From Macrostomum lignano (Eukaryota), in assembly GCA_002269645.1 (NCBI GenBank), contig NIVC01000265.1, forward strand, positions 1 to 64,000: a DNA stretch of 64,000 nt, read 5' to 3'. The notes under the pieces were generated by a model, which was not told where the DNA came from, did not search any database, and saw only the letters and a list, made by a program, of their open reading frames with translations. Below, piece by piece: positions 49,601 to 62,044 of the stretch (position 1 is the stretch's first letter; every line of letters starts with the position of its first letter). Made by a program: the position numbers and the translations under genes.

Positions 49601-50151
49601 GCTGTTGGCCACTCAAAATTTTCCTCATAGGCTTCCTCATATCCATCCAGTTCATTTTAAGTGCGCCAGTTCACCCATCACTAAGTCTTGGCAAAGTGAG
49701 TCAGTGCTCAATTTCTTATTAAATCCTGCAGTTGATGATAAGAAAGGATTCTGAAGTGTAGAGTATAGTAAGTCACTCTATTGACCGTTTTTGCTTCCAG
49801 TCTCTTATCTGGGTTTTTTTTGCTCTGAATTTCCTATTTTAACCGTCATTTGCTATCTATCAGGGCTTCTAGATCGTTTCATGCAGCTCCTGCACTCCGT
49901 GGCCAATGGGAGATTTGGTAGAAATCTCCAATTAGAGAAATTTCGAAACGGGTAGAAACGGTAGAAAAATTTCAAACGGGCATCAACTCAGGCCGATGAA
50001 CTTTAGATTTGACTGGTTTTTTGCTGCAGTTTTGCATCTATAAGTTGAGTTTGAATTGTCTTCCTAGTGAGCGTAAGTGCTAATCTGCATCAGTTTTTTT
50101 GGGACCAACCCTCAAGGCACAAAAAGTTTACATTCTTGACGACATACTTGA

Positions 50152-50410
50152 GAGGGGGGTTGTAGTCAGAGCGTCAGACTCACGACTTGAAAGGTCGGGG
50201 GTTCGATTCTCGACCCACTCGGAACAATTTGTGTCCTTGAGCAAGACACCTAACTCTGCATTGCTTCAGTTCACCCAGAGCTGTAAAATGGGTGCCAGCA
50301 TTAGCTGGGGTAATTGAGGCTGTGTGGAGACCCCCCCCCCCCAGTCCTTGGACTGAACAGCCGTACGCAGCCTTCAGATGCGCCGCGCAATAGCTGCGGC
50401 TGAGCTGTCG
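50152..50410 (+). mobile_element. tRNA-derived SINE with CORE-like domain, near full-length copy (family 1)
   Basis: A-box-like TAGTCAGAGCG, B box GGTTCGATTC, then TGTGTCCTTGAGCAAGACACCTAAC...TCAGTTCACCCA..CTGTAAAATGGG, resembling the MIR/CORE domain; second copy at 15327-15509. Confidence 0.82.
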
Positions 50411-51205
50411 GTTATCTGGCATCATGGCCGAATTAGGGCGCCTGTACATCCTGTGTGAGCGAGTGTGCGTGTTTTGGTTGTCTTTGCCACAGCATAAGAC
50501 GCACAGTAGGCATGGGTTAATTTGACTTCCAACTGGTATAGTGCGCAAATAGCATGTATGCATGTTTCCTATGGGTTCTAGAATGAATAAGGCCTGTTGT
50601 TAGCTAAGCTGGCTTCAGAATATTGTTCAGTCGTGTATCAATTTACCGATCTTTCTGTCTTATACTAATTTTTTATATATAATTCTACTTAGTCTTTTTC
50701 TACATATAGCTGCGTTTTCAATTGGAAAAAATGATGCAAAAGTCAAGTGCACAAGTAATGGCTTCTTTGGCTTTTAATTTGATCATTCAGCTCTGTCTTT
50801 AACCCACTGTTTCTTCGCCTCCCTCTCTCTCCTTCTCTTCATTATATATATATCTAGGCTAGCTGGAATAATTTTATCTAAACTAGTTCCTCATAATATA
50901 GCCTATTATAATGAATGCTAAAAAGAATACGGCATACAATAACAAAAGATTTAGCGTTGCTGAATTGAAATTGCATTGGGATGCCTTGGCTTTAAAGTCG
51001 TCTGCTGTGCTGTGAGTAATAATCAAGGATTGTGAATGCTCTTTTAGGATACTTTTTAGTTGGAGGCAGGGGGGTTGTGTGCACCTACCGGCGAGAGGCA
51101 TTGCTGCCCATTCCGCCGACTCCCCTGAGCAGGCACACAAGCGCGCGGATACGTACGCAGTCATACGCACAGGCACACACTTACACAGAAATGTACAGCC
51201 GCCCT

Positions 51206-51372
51206 GACTTTATTTTATCGTTAGGCATGTACACTTCACTGTGCCTTGGGTCTGGCCTTCAAGGCCGCGTTAATTGCACGAGCAGAGCCAAGCCGAAATT
51301 CCAGTTTAGCCTCAAAATGAATGCGACTGCACTTGGAATCGAGCCTGGGCCGCTGGCAAATCAGAGCGCCCC
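51206..51372 (-). mobile_element. tRNA-related SINE, family 2, copy 1
   Basis: Reverse complement matches 61822-62009 over about 165 bp; B-box-like GGCTCGATTCC; 3' ...gataaaataaagtc. Confidence 0.7.
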
Positions 51373-51536
51373 CCCCCCGAGGAGTAGCTCTGGGATTGTT
51401 TAAGTTATTAAAATGTAAAATTCTAAATCAAATGTGAAACGCTAAAAGCAGCCGATCCAAAAAAACTTGCAGCCCAAAATCTGGCCGCCCATTGTCGGGT
51501 CGTCGCCAATTGCCGCCGCTACCAATCGATACAACA

Positions 51537-54500
51537 ATGTCCACTGCAGTAGCAGCACCTGATCTGGCGTCAACTAATAACAATGCTACTTATAGTAGCA
51601 GTTCGGATGAAGCTGTTAAAAATCAATGGCGACCCTGCGCAGAGTGGCTGTTCCGGTGCTTAGAAAATGTGCCGGATATTTTGCAGACTGCTCAGACTGT
51701 GCTTGGCGATCCGCAGGCTACAGTGGTGGATCTGCTGAGCTTATTGAAGGATGGCATTTTACTGTGCCACATCCTGCCGGCGCTCAGCTGCAACGACATC
51801 ACTCTGAAAACTCTTGACGGATTCAAACTGATGACACTGAATTCTCCGTTCGTATTTAAAAAGAATATTGGCGCTTTTCTGAATCAGTGCGAATCTTATT
51901 TCGGTTTGAAACGATCTGACCTGTTTCGCGCCGAGGATCTGCTTGAACAGGAGAATATAATTGGCATTATTGATGCGCTATCAACCTTGTCCAGGTGTCC
52001 CAGGGCTAGGCAGAGTGGCATTGCCGGGTTCGAAATTGCCCGATGCAGTCCGCAGGCGGAGTCAGACTATTACAGTTTTGTTGCAGACTCAGTGCCGGAG
52101 CCAGCGCCTGTGCACAGCAGGCACCGGCTGCAGCAGAAACACGGTACAGACCAGCAGCAGCAGCAGCAGTTGAACCAAGCAATTGCTGATGTCAGTCTCG
52201 ACACCAGCGGCGTCAGCAGCTGCTGCTCTCAACAAGTCGAAGAGAAAGTCTACGATTGCATCATCAACTTGAGGGGGAAGCAGCCACAGCAGCCTCAGCA
52301 GCAGCAACAGAAGCAACAGCAACAACAGCAGCAGCAGCAGCCGGTCAAAGGTCTGACACCGCAGGATCTGTGCATCCAGGAGATGGTAGACACCGAACGT
52401 AACTACGTTGAGACACTTCGTCTCCTAGTAGAAGACGTCATGCAGCCAATGAAAGCCAAGCAGTCGGCTTGGTCAGCCGATGAAGTCGATACAATATTCA
52501 AATTTCTGCCCGAGCTGTCCAGCTTGCATCAGAAACTGCTGCAGGAGCTTCAAATTGCTGTAGTGTTGAAGCCTGAGCACGCCAAGTCTCTGCCTCAAGT
52601 GTTCAGCTCATTCAAAGACCGGATGCTGGTTTATGGTCAGTACAGCGGCCACTTGGCCAGGGCGCAGAAACTGGTTGAGAACGCTTGCAAATGCGACAAG
52701 CGTAAAAGCGACGAATTGCAACAGCATCTCAGCAATTGTCGGGCATTGTTTAAACTGAGCGAATATCTCACCGTACCGGTGCAACGGGTGCTCAAGTATC
52801 ACCTGCTACTCCGCAGCCTCATCAGTATTGAAGAGAAGCTGGCAGCTCAGCCGCAGCAGCAGCAGTCAGCTTCCCAATTAGATTTATCCCAATTACGCGA
52901 AGCTCACGAAGCGATGTGCGAAGTTGCGGACTATGTTAACGAAGTGAAACGCGACCTGGAAATGATGGCATTGATTGATCAGATTCAGAACACCATTGAC
53001 GATTTGGACCTGCCACCCTCTATGCGACTCATCGATTATGGCCGCTTGCAGATTGACGAAGAATTGAAGGTGGCTAACGATCCTAACAGGCCTACTTCCG
53101 GTAGTAAATTGCGCTACTGTTTCCTATGGAACCGGATCTGCATGCTGGTAAAGAGTCGGGGACCCGGCAAAGAAGGCTACATATTTAAAAATGTGTTCGC
53201 CATTAAAACCGATCTGGTTATTAAACCGATTGACTGCCCGCCGACTGGGAAGAAGAGCGTTGCACAGCTGCAACAGACGGTGAGGCTTCCGGCTTGTGCT
53301 GCTTTTTTATTTGTTTATTGGCTTCTTTATTCTTTAGACTTCTCAGAGTCTTATTTAAGACTGTATAGGGTGAGATTAGATATTATCAATAGATTGACAA
53401 TTCGCTAGGGTGAGAAAGGAGATTCTGTAGAGTAGGATAGGAGATTCTATAGGGTGTGATAAGAGATTTTACAGGGTGAGATTAGAGATTCTATAGGTTA
53501 GAATAGGATAGGAGATTCTATGGGGTGAGATAAAAGATTCTATCTAGAGTAAGATAGGATAAGAGATTCTGTGTAGAGTAAGATAGGAGATTCTAAAGGG
53601 TGAGATAAGAGATTCTATAGAGTGAAAAAGAAGATTGTTTAGAGTGAGATAATAGTTTTTTAGGGTGCGATTAGACATTCTTTAGGGTGAGTTCGGAGAT
53701 TCTTTATTGGAAGACTGGAGTTTTTAGGGTTAGATTGGAGATTCCATAATTCCATAGGTTGAGATCATAGGTTCTTTAGGGTGAGATTAGGCATTTTTAT
53801 CGTGAGATTAGAGATCGTATGGAATGAGATAGTGGGGCTACAAATCGCTAATAATTGCCACTGCAGACTGCTCAGCAGCAGGTGTCACCCCAGCAACAGC
53901 AGCAGCCGCAACCTGCTGGCAACACCAAATGGACCTGGCTGTTCTCAGTCAGCGACCAGCCGCAACCGCAACAGCAGCAGCAGCAGCAGCAGGGCTCCAA
54001 AGACGGCATCAACATGGTGTTCATAGCCAAGACCAAGGAGTCCCGGCGGCGCTGGCTGGAAGCATTCCAGCGCTCTAAAGAGGTGCTCGCTCCGCCGAAT
54101 TTCAACATGTTTGGCCACTACTTCGAGCCGGCCACGTTCGATCTGCCAACCTATTGTTCGGTGTGCAATAGGCTCATTCTTGGCTGCTTCTATCAGGGCT
54201 ACAGGTGCAGGAAGACTGGCAAGAAAGTGCATCCCGCCTGCATACCTAGCCGGCCCGATCGGTCCAATTCTGAGATCATTGCGCCGCGCTTTGGCGAATT
54301 TGGCGCCGGCGCCAATTCCGCGCCAGGAGGTCCCAATAGTGCGCCAGCTGTTCAGACTAGTGAGTTTCGATTGTGGCTACTTATGAGTAGCATGCTTTGT
54401 ATTTCCCATAAGCGTCAGTGTATTCAGTACTGAGAACCACCCTGAAAATCTCCCTCTAATCTACCTGAGAATCGCCCTCCAATCCACCCTGAGAATCGCC

Positions 54501-56954
54501 CTCAAATCCACCCTGAGAATCGCCCTCAAATCCACCCTGAGAATCTCCTTCTAATCCACCCTGAGAATCTCCCTCAAATCCACCCTGAGAATCGCCCTCT
54601 AATCCACCTGAGAATCGCCCTCTAATCTACCCTGAGAATCGCCCTCAAATCCACCCTGAGAATCGCCCTCTAATCCACCTGAGAATCGCCCTCTAATCTA
54701 CCCTGAGAATCGCCCTCAAATCCACCCTGAGAATCGCCCTCTAATCCACCTGAGAATCGCCCTCTAATCTACCCTGAGAATCGCCCTCAAATCCACCCTG
54801 AGAATCGCCCTCTAATCCACCTGAGAATCGCCCTCTAATCTACCCTGAGAATCGCCCTCTAATTCACCCTGAGAATCGCCCTCAAATCCACCCTGAGAAT
54901 CGCCCTCTAATCCACCTGAGAATCGCCCTCTAATCTACCCTGAGAATCGCCCTCTAATTCACCCTGAGAATCGCCCTCTAATCTACCCTGAGAATCGTCC
55001 TCTAATCTACCCTGAGAATCGCCCTCTAATCTACCCTGAGAATCGCCCTCTAATCCACCCTGAGAATCGTCCTCTAATCCACCCTGAGAATCGCCCTCTA
55101 ATCTACCCTGAGAATCGCCCTCTAATCCACCCTGAGAATCGCCCTCTAATCTACCCTGAGAATCGCCCTCTCAAGCGCTCAATCCCACTCGACTCCGCAG
55201 GACATTCAACAGACGCCACGGAGTTCTCGCCGTCCGCTCCCAATCAGCTGATGCCATTGAGAATTCCCGCTGCTGTTATCGAGGAATTCTCGCCGTCGCC
55301 GAAGCCCCAGCCGGTCAACGGCGATCAGCCTCCTCCTGCTCCTGACCAGATCACGCGGCGGTTTAGTCGAGGCGGATCGACAGACAGCACTGGCCACCCC
55401 CTGGACCATCACGACTGGTTCGTCGGTCCCATGTCCCGCGAGATGGCGCGTGACGCCCTGCTGGGTCAGCCGGTTGGCACATTTCTAGTGCGGCTTAGCC
55501 TAACTAGCAGCATGGACTATGCGATCAGCCTGCGGTATAGGGAGACCATCAAGCATATGAGAATTCAACAGGTTAGTTCTGCAGCAGTCATGCGTTATCG
55601 GGTGATAAATGGGTCAGTCTGGGTCCGTCTCTAAGTTTGTCAGTAGGTTGTTTAGTAGGTTAATTAGTAGGTTAATTAGTAGGTTAATAGGTAGACTATT
55701 TAGTACGTTAATAAGTAAGGAGATTAGTAGGTTAATAAATATGTTGTTTAGTATGTTATTAAGTAGATTATTTTGTAGTGTAATAAGTAGGTTATTTAGT
55801 AGGTTAATTAGTAGTTTAATAGGTACGTTATTTAGTAGGTTAATAAGTGGGTTATTTAGTAGGTAATTAGTAGCTTAATTAGTAGCTTAATAGGTAGGTT
55901 ATTTAGTAGGTTAATGTGTAGCTTATTTAGTAGGTTAATGTGTAGCTTATTTAGTAGGTTAATGTGTAGCTTATTTAGTAGGTTAATAAGTGGATTTTTT
56001 AGTAGGTTATAGAGTAGGCTTTTTCTTACGTTAATTAGTAGGTTAATGAGTAGGTTGATGAGTAGTTTGATGAGTTAGGCTATTTAGTACGTTAATTAGT
56101 AGGTTATTTAGTAGGTTAATTAGTAGGTTATTTAGTAGGTTAATTAGTAGGTTATTTAGTAGGTTAATTAGTAGGTTATTTAGTAGGTTAATTAGTAGGT
56201 TATTTAGTAGGTTAATTAGTAGGTTATTTAGTAGGTTAATTAGTAGGTTATTTAGTAGGTTAATTAGTAGGTTATTTAGTAGGTTAATTAGTAGGTTATT
56301 TAGTAGGTTAATTAGTAGGTTAATAAGTGGGCTATTTAAAGTACTAACACGCATGTTATTCAGTGTCTAACTGAGCACTTTAAGCACTTTAATAGCTCAT
56401 TAATTCCACAACACTCCACACTCCAGGCCTCCAACTGGTACTACCTGGGCGAGATCAGGACATTCCCCAGCATCCCAGCTCTAGTGGAGCACTATAGCCT
56501 CAACTCGTTGTGCGAATGCTTCACCGATCTGGACGCCACTCTGGCCAGGCCGATCAAACTGGATTTGCCTCGGCCGTTGCCGCCGCCGCCTCCGCCTCCA
56601 ACGCAGCAGCAGCAGCCGCCTGCTGTGTACTCGAGAAGCAACAGCCAGAGCAGCGGCCTCGGCACTGCTCAACCGGCATCTGGCGCCGCCCTGCTGGGCA
56701 CGTCAACTCCAAGACGCAGTAGCGTTGTTGGCTACGCCCTGGCGCTGCGGGACTATGCCGTCCCGGGACATCTGGCTCTCGTGGCTGGCGAGACCGTCAC
56801 CCTGCTGGGCCAGTGCCAGCCGGCCGGGGTCAACGGCACTCTTTGGCGAGGCCGGCGGGCCAACGGTTCGGTTGGCGTGTTCTCTCCAGAAGTTGTACAG
56901 CTGGTGTCTACGCCTGGGACAGAGTTCTTTGCTGCTGGCGGATTCGCTGCTTGA
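51537..56954 (+). CDS. VAV: Vav-family Rho/Rac guanine nucleotide exchange factor (CH-acidic-DH-PH-C1-SH2-SH3), 1044 aa; exons 51537-53279, 53867-54359, 55201-55571, 56427-56954
   Basis: CH: WRPCAEWL...LKDGILLC...NIGAFL..C...FGLKRSDLF. Acidic tyrosines DYY and KVYD. DH: EMVDTERNYV...PVQRVLKYHLLL...VNEVKRD. C1: CSVC..ILGCFYQGYRC. SH2: WFVG...GTFLVR. C-terminal SH3. Phases 0,1,0; total 3135 nt. Confidence 0.92.
53400..53830. repeat. Degenerate minisatellite of about 21-22 bp (gggtgagattagagattctata) in Vav intron 1
   Basis: Read directly. Confidence 0.8.
54430..55172. repeat. 24-bp minisatellite (accctgagaatcgccctctaatct) in Vav intron 2
   Basis: Read directly. Confidence 0.95.
55635..56345. 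repeat. 12-bp-based minisatellite (ttagtaggttaa/ttagtaggttat) in Vav intron 3
   Basis: Read directly. Confidence 0.93.
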
Positions 56955-57004
56955 CGATTAATTATCTGGGGTGGGGTCTTTGGTGCGGCATTTCTTTTTT
57001 ATGG

Positions 57005-57675
57005 TCGCGAGTTCGAGTTTTGAGTTCGAGTTCGAGCTTTGAGTTCCAATTCTAGCTTTGAGTTCGAGTTCGAGATTTGAGTTCTAGCTTTGAGTTCGAG
57101 TTCGAGCTTCGAGTTCGAGCTTCGAATTCGAGCTTTTGAGTTCGAGTTCGAGCTTTGAGTTCGAGTTCGAGCTTTGAGTTCGAGTTCGAGCTTTGAGTTC
57201 GAGTTCGAGCTTTGAGTTCCAGCTTTGAGTTCGAGCTTTGAGTTCGAGTTCGAGCTTTGAGTTCGAGTTCGAGCTTCGAGTTCGAGCTTCGAATTCGAGC
57301 TTTTGAGTTCGAGTTCGAGCTTCGAGTTCGAGCTTTTGAGTTCGAGTTCGAGCTTTGAGTTCGAGTTCGAGCTTTGAGTTCGAGTTCGAGCTTTGAGTTC
57401 GAGTTCGAGCTTCGAGTTCGAGTTCGAGCTTCGAGTTCGAGCTTTTAAGTTCGAGTTCGAGCTTCGAGTTCGAGCTTTTGAGTTCGAGTTCGAGCTTCGA
57501 GTTCGAGCTTCGAATTCGAGCTTTTGAGTTCGAGTTCGAGCTTCGAGTTCGAGCTTTTGAGTTCGAGTTCGAGCTTCGAGTTCGAGCTTCGAATTCGAGC
57601 TTTTGAGTTCGAGTTCGAGCTTCGAGTTCGAGCTTTTGAGTTCGAGTTCGAGCTTTGAGTTCCAGCTTTGAGTTC
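57005..57675. repeat. GAGTTC/GAGCTT hexamer-based satellite just after the Vav stop codon
   Basis: Read directly; source of the SSNSKLELEL pseudo-ORFs. Confidence 0.95.
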
Positions 57676-58887
57676 GCACACAATTCGAATTCTAGTTTAC
57701 TATTAAGCCAATTAGAATCGAGTTTTAAAATAGATTTCGATTTCGAGCTTGTCTTTGAGTTTAAATTCAAGCTTGGGTCTAACAAGCTTTAATTGTATAA
57801 TTTTCGGATCAGGTTAAAGAACTTGGCTTTTATATTGGGTTCAAGTTTTGAAAGGAACCAATCTGAAATGCTCATAAATAACACTGGCCCGAGGCTGTTC
57901 CATAAATAATTGCCCAATTGCACACTCTCGAATCTCCCAATGGTTTTTTATATCGATCTGCAGACTTTGCCTATTCCAGCTTTTAATGCAGAAAGCCTAC
58001 ATGAAAAATAATCGATATTTATCGCGACTGTTTCCTGTTTGTTGCGGTCTAAGTAGCGCCCCGAACTCCCTCCACTTCAGTTGATTAATTTTGCAACCGT
58101 AGTAGCTAAAATAATAATAGACTTAGTTTTAAGTTCGCTTCCATTCGATTAAAAGTAAAATGTTTCAATGTTTTCCGCAATTTTATATTTTGGTTTTACA
58201 TATTTTTTTAGTAATGTATATATACATATTTTTACTGTTTTCCAACCTCCTGCTGTAATGTTATTAACGTGTAACATTGATTGATTTTTTTGTTAAAAAG
58301 GTGTGCAAGTTTACCAATTTTTTTCCAATTTCTTAAACATTTATTGATTTATCCATGCACTAGGGCTTTCGGTGGTAATGAAATTATTATTGATAAATTT
58401 ACTTCAAATTTATTGCTAGTCTGGCCTAATTTAATCAAACAGAATTAGTTTAGCTAATAGATAAATCGTCTGTGTTCTAATAATTAATTAATTAATCGTC
58501 CTAATATTACAATTAGATATATTTTTCTCAAAATTATGAATAGAATTAGCCTATGCTCAATAGCAGTTCTTCTTATTTTATCTATCAACAATAATTTGTT
58601 TAAACGACTGTATTTTTGTAATAAACTATTAATTTTTATATCGAGTATGTATATTATTATGTTCTTATCTGTTTTTTTTTCTTTTTGTACATGAAAAACA
58701 AACAAAGTTAAAAATTATACACAGCATGATCTGATAATTTGTTTGTCATTTTCCATCCAGCAATACGCACTTTTGCTGCTGCACTTCATTTATCTAATTT
58801 ATCTGTGTCGAGTAAATATTTCGATACAAGTTTCTGTCTGTGTACTTTTATGTTGGACACATTTTAATTGCAATGAATATTGCCTCA

Positions 58888-61575
58888 TTCTACCCTGACA
58901 ATCACCCCTAAATCACCCTGAGTATCACCCCTAAATCACCCTGAGTATCACCCCTACAGCACTCTGAGAATCACCCCTTAATCACCCTGAGAATCACCCC
59001 CAAATCACTCTGAGAATCACCCCTACATCACTCTGAGAATCACCCCTACAGCACTCTGAGAATCACCCCTACAGCACTCTGAGAATCACCCCTTAATCAC
59101 CCTGAGAATCACCCCCAAATCACTCTGAGAATCACCCCTACATCACTCTGAGAATCACCCCTACAGCACTCTGAGAATCACCCCTTAATCACCCTGAGAA
59201 TCACCCCCAAATCACTCTGAGAATCACCCCTACATCACTCTGAGAATCACCCCTACATCACTCTGAGAATCACCCTAAATCACCCTGAGAATCACCCTAA
59301 ATCACCCTGAGAATCACCCCTACATCACTCTGACAATCACCCCTAAATCACCCTGAGAATCACCCCTAAATCACCCTGAGAATCACCCCTAAATCACCTT
59401 GAGAATCACCCTAAATCACCCTGAGAATCACCCCTACATCACTCTGAGAATCACCCCTAACTCACCCTGAGAATCACCCCCAAATCACTCTGAGAATCAC
59501 CCCTACATCACTCTGAGAATCACCCCTACATCACTCTGAGAATCACCCTAAATCACCCTGAGAATCACCCCTAAATCACCCCTAAATCACCCTGAGAATC
59601 ACCCCTAAATCACCTTGAGAATCACCCTAAATCACCCTGAGAATCACCCCTAAATCACCTTGAGAATCACCCTAAATCACCCTGAGAATCACCCCTACAT
59701 CACTCTGAGAATCACCCCTAACTCACCCTGAGAATCACCCCTAAATCACTCTGAGAATCACCCCTACATCACTCTGAGAATCACCCCTAAATCACCCTGA
59801 GAATCACCCTAAATCACCCCTAAATCACCCTGAGAATCACCCTAAATCACCCTGAGAATCACCCCTAAATCACCCTGAGAATCACCCCTACATCACCCCT
59901 AAATCACCCTGAGAATCACCCATACATCACTCTGAGAATCACCCCTAATCACCCTGAGAATCACCCCTAAATCACTCTGAGAATCACCCCTACATCACTC
60001 TGAGAATCACCCTAAATCACCCTGAGAATCACCCCTAAATCACCCTGAGAATCACCCCTAAATCACCCCTACATCACTCTGAGAATCACCCCTACATCAC
60101 TCTGAGAATCACCCCTAAATCACCCTGAGAATCACCCCTGCATCACCCCTAAATCACCCTGAGAATCACCCATACATCACTCTGAGAATCACCCCTAAAT
60201 CACCCTGAGAATCACCCCTACATCACTCTGAGAATCACCCCTAAATCACCCCTAAATCACCCCTAAATCACCCTGAGAATCACCCCTACATCACTCTGAC
60301 AATCACCCCTAAATCACCCTGAGAATCACCCCTAAATCACCCTGAGAATCACCCCTAAATCACCTTGAGAATCACCCTAAATCACCCTGAGAATCACCCC
60401 TACATCACCCTGAGAATCACCCTAAATCACCGAGAATCATCCCTAAATCACCCTGAGAATCACCCCTACATCACTCTGAGAATCACCCCTAACTCACCCT
60501 GAGAATCACCCCTAAATCACTCTGAGAATCACCCCTACATCACTCTGAGAATCACCCCTAAATCACCCTGAGAATCACCCTAAATCACCCCTAAATCACC
60601 CTGAGAATCACCCTAAATCACCCTGAGAATCACCCCTAATCACCCTGAGAATCACCCCTAAATCACCCTGAGAATCACCCTAAATCACCCTGAGAATCAC
60701 CCCTAAATCACCCTGAGAATCACCCTAAATCACCCTGAGAATCACCCTAAATCACCCTGAGAATCACCCCTAAATCACCCTGAGAATCACCCCTACATCA
60801 CCCCTACATCACTCTGAGAATCACCCCTAAATCACCCTAAATCACCCCTAAATCACCCTGAGAATTACCCTAAATCACCCTGAGAATCACCCCTAAATCA
60901 CCCCTACATCACTCTGAGAATCACCCCTACATCACTCTGAGAATCACCCCTAAATCACCCTGAGAATCACCCCTACATCACCCCTAAATCACCCTGAGAA
61001 TCACCCTAAATCACCGAGAATCATCCCTTAATCACTCTGAGAATCACCCTAAATCACCCTGAGAATCACCCCTACATCACTCTGAGAATCACCCCTAACT
61101 CACCCTGAGAATCACCCTAAGAATCACCCCTACATCACCCTGAGAACCACCCTACATCACCCTGAGAATCACCCTGAGAATCACCCCTACATCACCCTGA
61201 GAATCACCCTAAATCACCGAGAATCATCCCTAAATCACTCTGAGAATCACCCTAAATCACCCTGAGAATCACCCCTACATCACTCTGAGAATCACCCCTA
61301 ACTCACCCTGAGAATCACCCTAAATCACCCTAAGAATCACCCCTACATCACCCTGAGAATCACCCTACATCACCCTGAGAATCACCCTGAGAATCACCCC
61401 TACATCACCCTAAGAATCACCCTAAATCACCCTGAGAATCACCCTAAATCACCCTGAGAATCACCCCTACATCACTCTGAGAATCACCCCTAAATCACCC
61501 TAAGAATCACCCCTACATCACCCTGAGAATCACCCTACATCACCCTGAGAATCACCCTTACATCACCCTGAGAAT
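58888..61575. repeat. About 23-bp minisatellite (caccctgagaatcacccctaaat), 2.7 kb
   Basis: Read directly; unit related to the 54430-55172 array. Confidence 0.96.
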
Positions 61576-61821
61576 TGCCATTAAACCTGCTGAGAAATCA
61601 GTCCTGTAATCAATACCGTTATATTACATGTAGGTTTTATCGCAGCGAAGTCAAAGGTTTCTATAATAATATTTGGAATAATCGAGACTTGTTTGTTTTC
61701 AAATATTAGGCAATTTATTAGGGTTTGCAGTGCAGTCTGTTTCGGAGTTAGTCTTAGCATAATTAATTATTTATCATTAGGCAACGCTGATAGCAATGTT
61801 ATCGCTTCTATCTATGTACCG

Positions 61822-62009
61822 GCTCTTCAGCCCAGAAATGGCAGATGGGAGCCCTGATGTGCCAGCGGCCCAGGCTCGATTCCAAGTGCAGTCGCATTAA
61901 TTTGGGGCTGAACTGGAATCTCGGCTTGGCTCTGCTCGTGCAATTAACGGCCTTGATGGCCAACCCCCAAGGCACAGTGAAGCCTACATGCCTACCGATA
62001 AATAAAGTC
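61822..62009 (+). mobile_element. tRNA-related SINE, family 2, copy 2
   Basis: A-box-like AGCCCAGAAATGG, B-box-like GGCTCGATTCC, body shared with 51206-51372, ends gataaataaagtc. Confidence 0.7.
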
Positions 62010-62044
62010 ATCTGTCAGTGTTTATCTGCCAACGGTTTTTAAAA

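Noticed and set aside
50152-50225. Possible tRNA gene
   Set aside because: No complete cloverleaf or acceptor stem; continues into the SINE body
53280-53408. Hydrophobic C-terminal extension of the 638-aa Vav ORF
   Set aside because: Read-through past a good donor (ACG|GTGAGG); the PH domain continues in the next exon
56999-57785. Minus-strand ORFs of 226-233 aa (SSNSKLELEL)n
   Set aside because: Hexamer-based satellite translation
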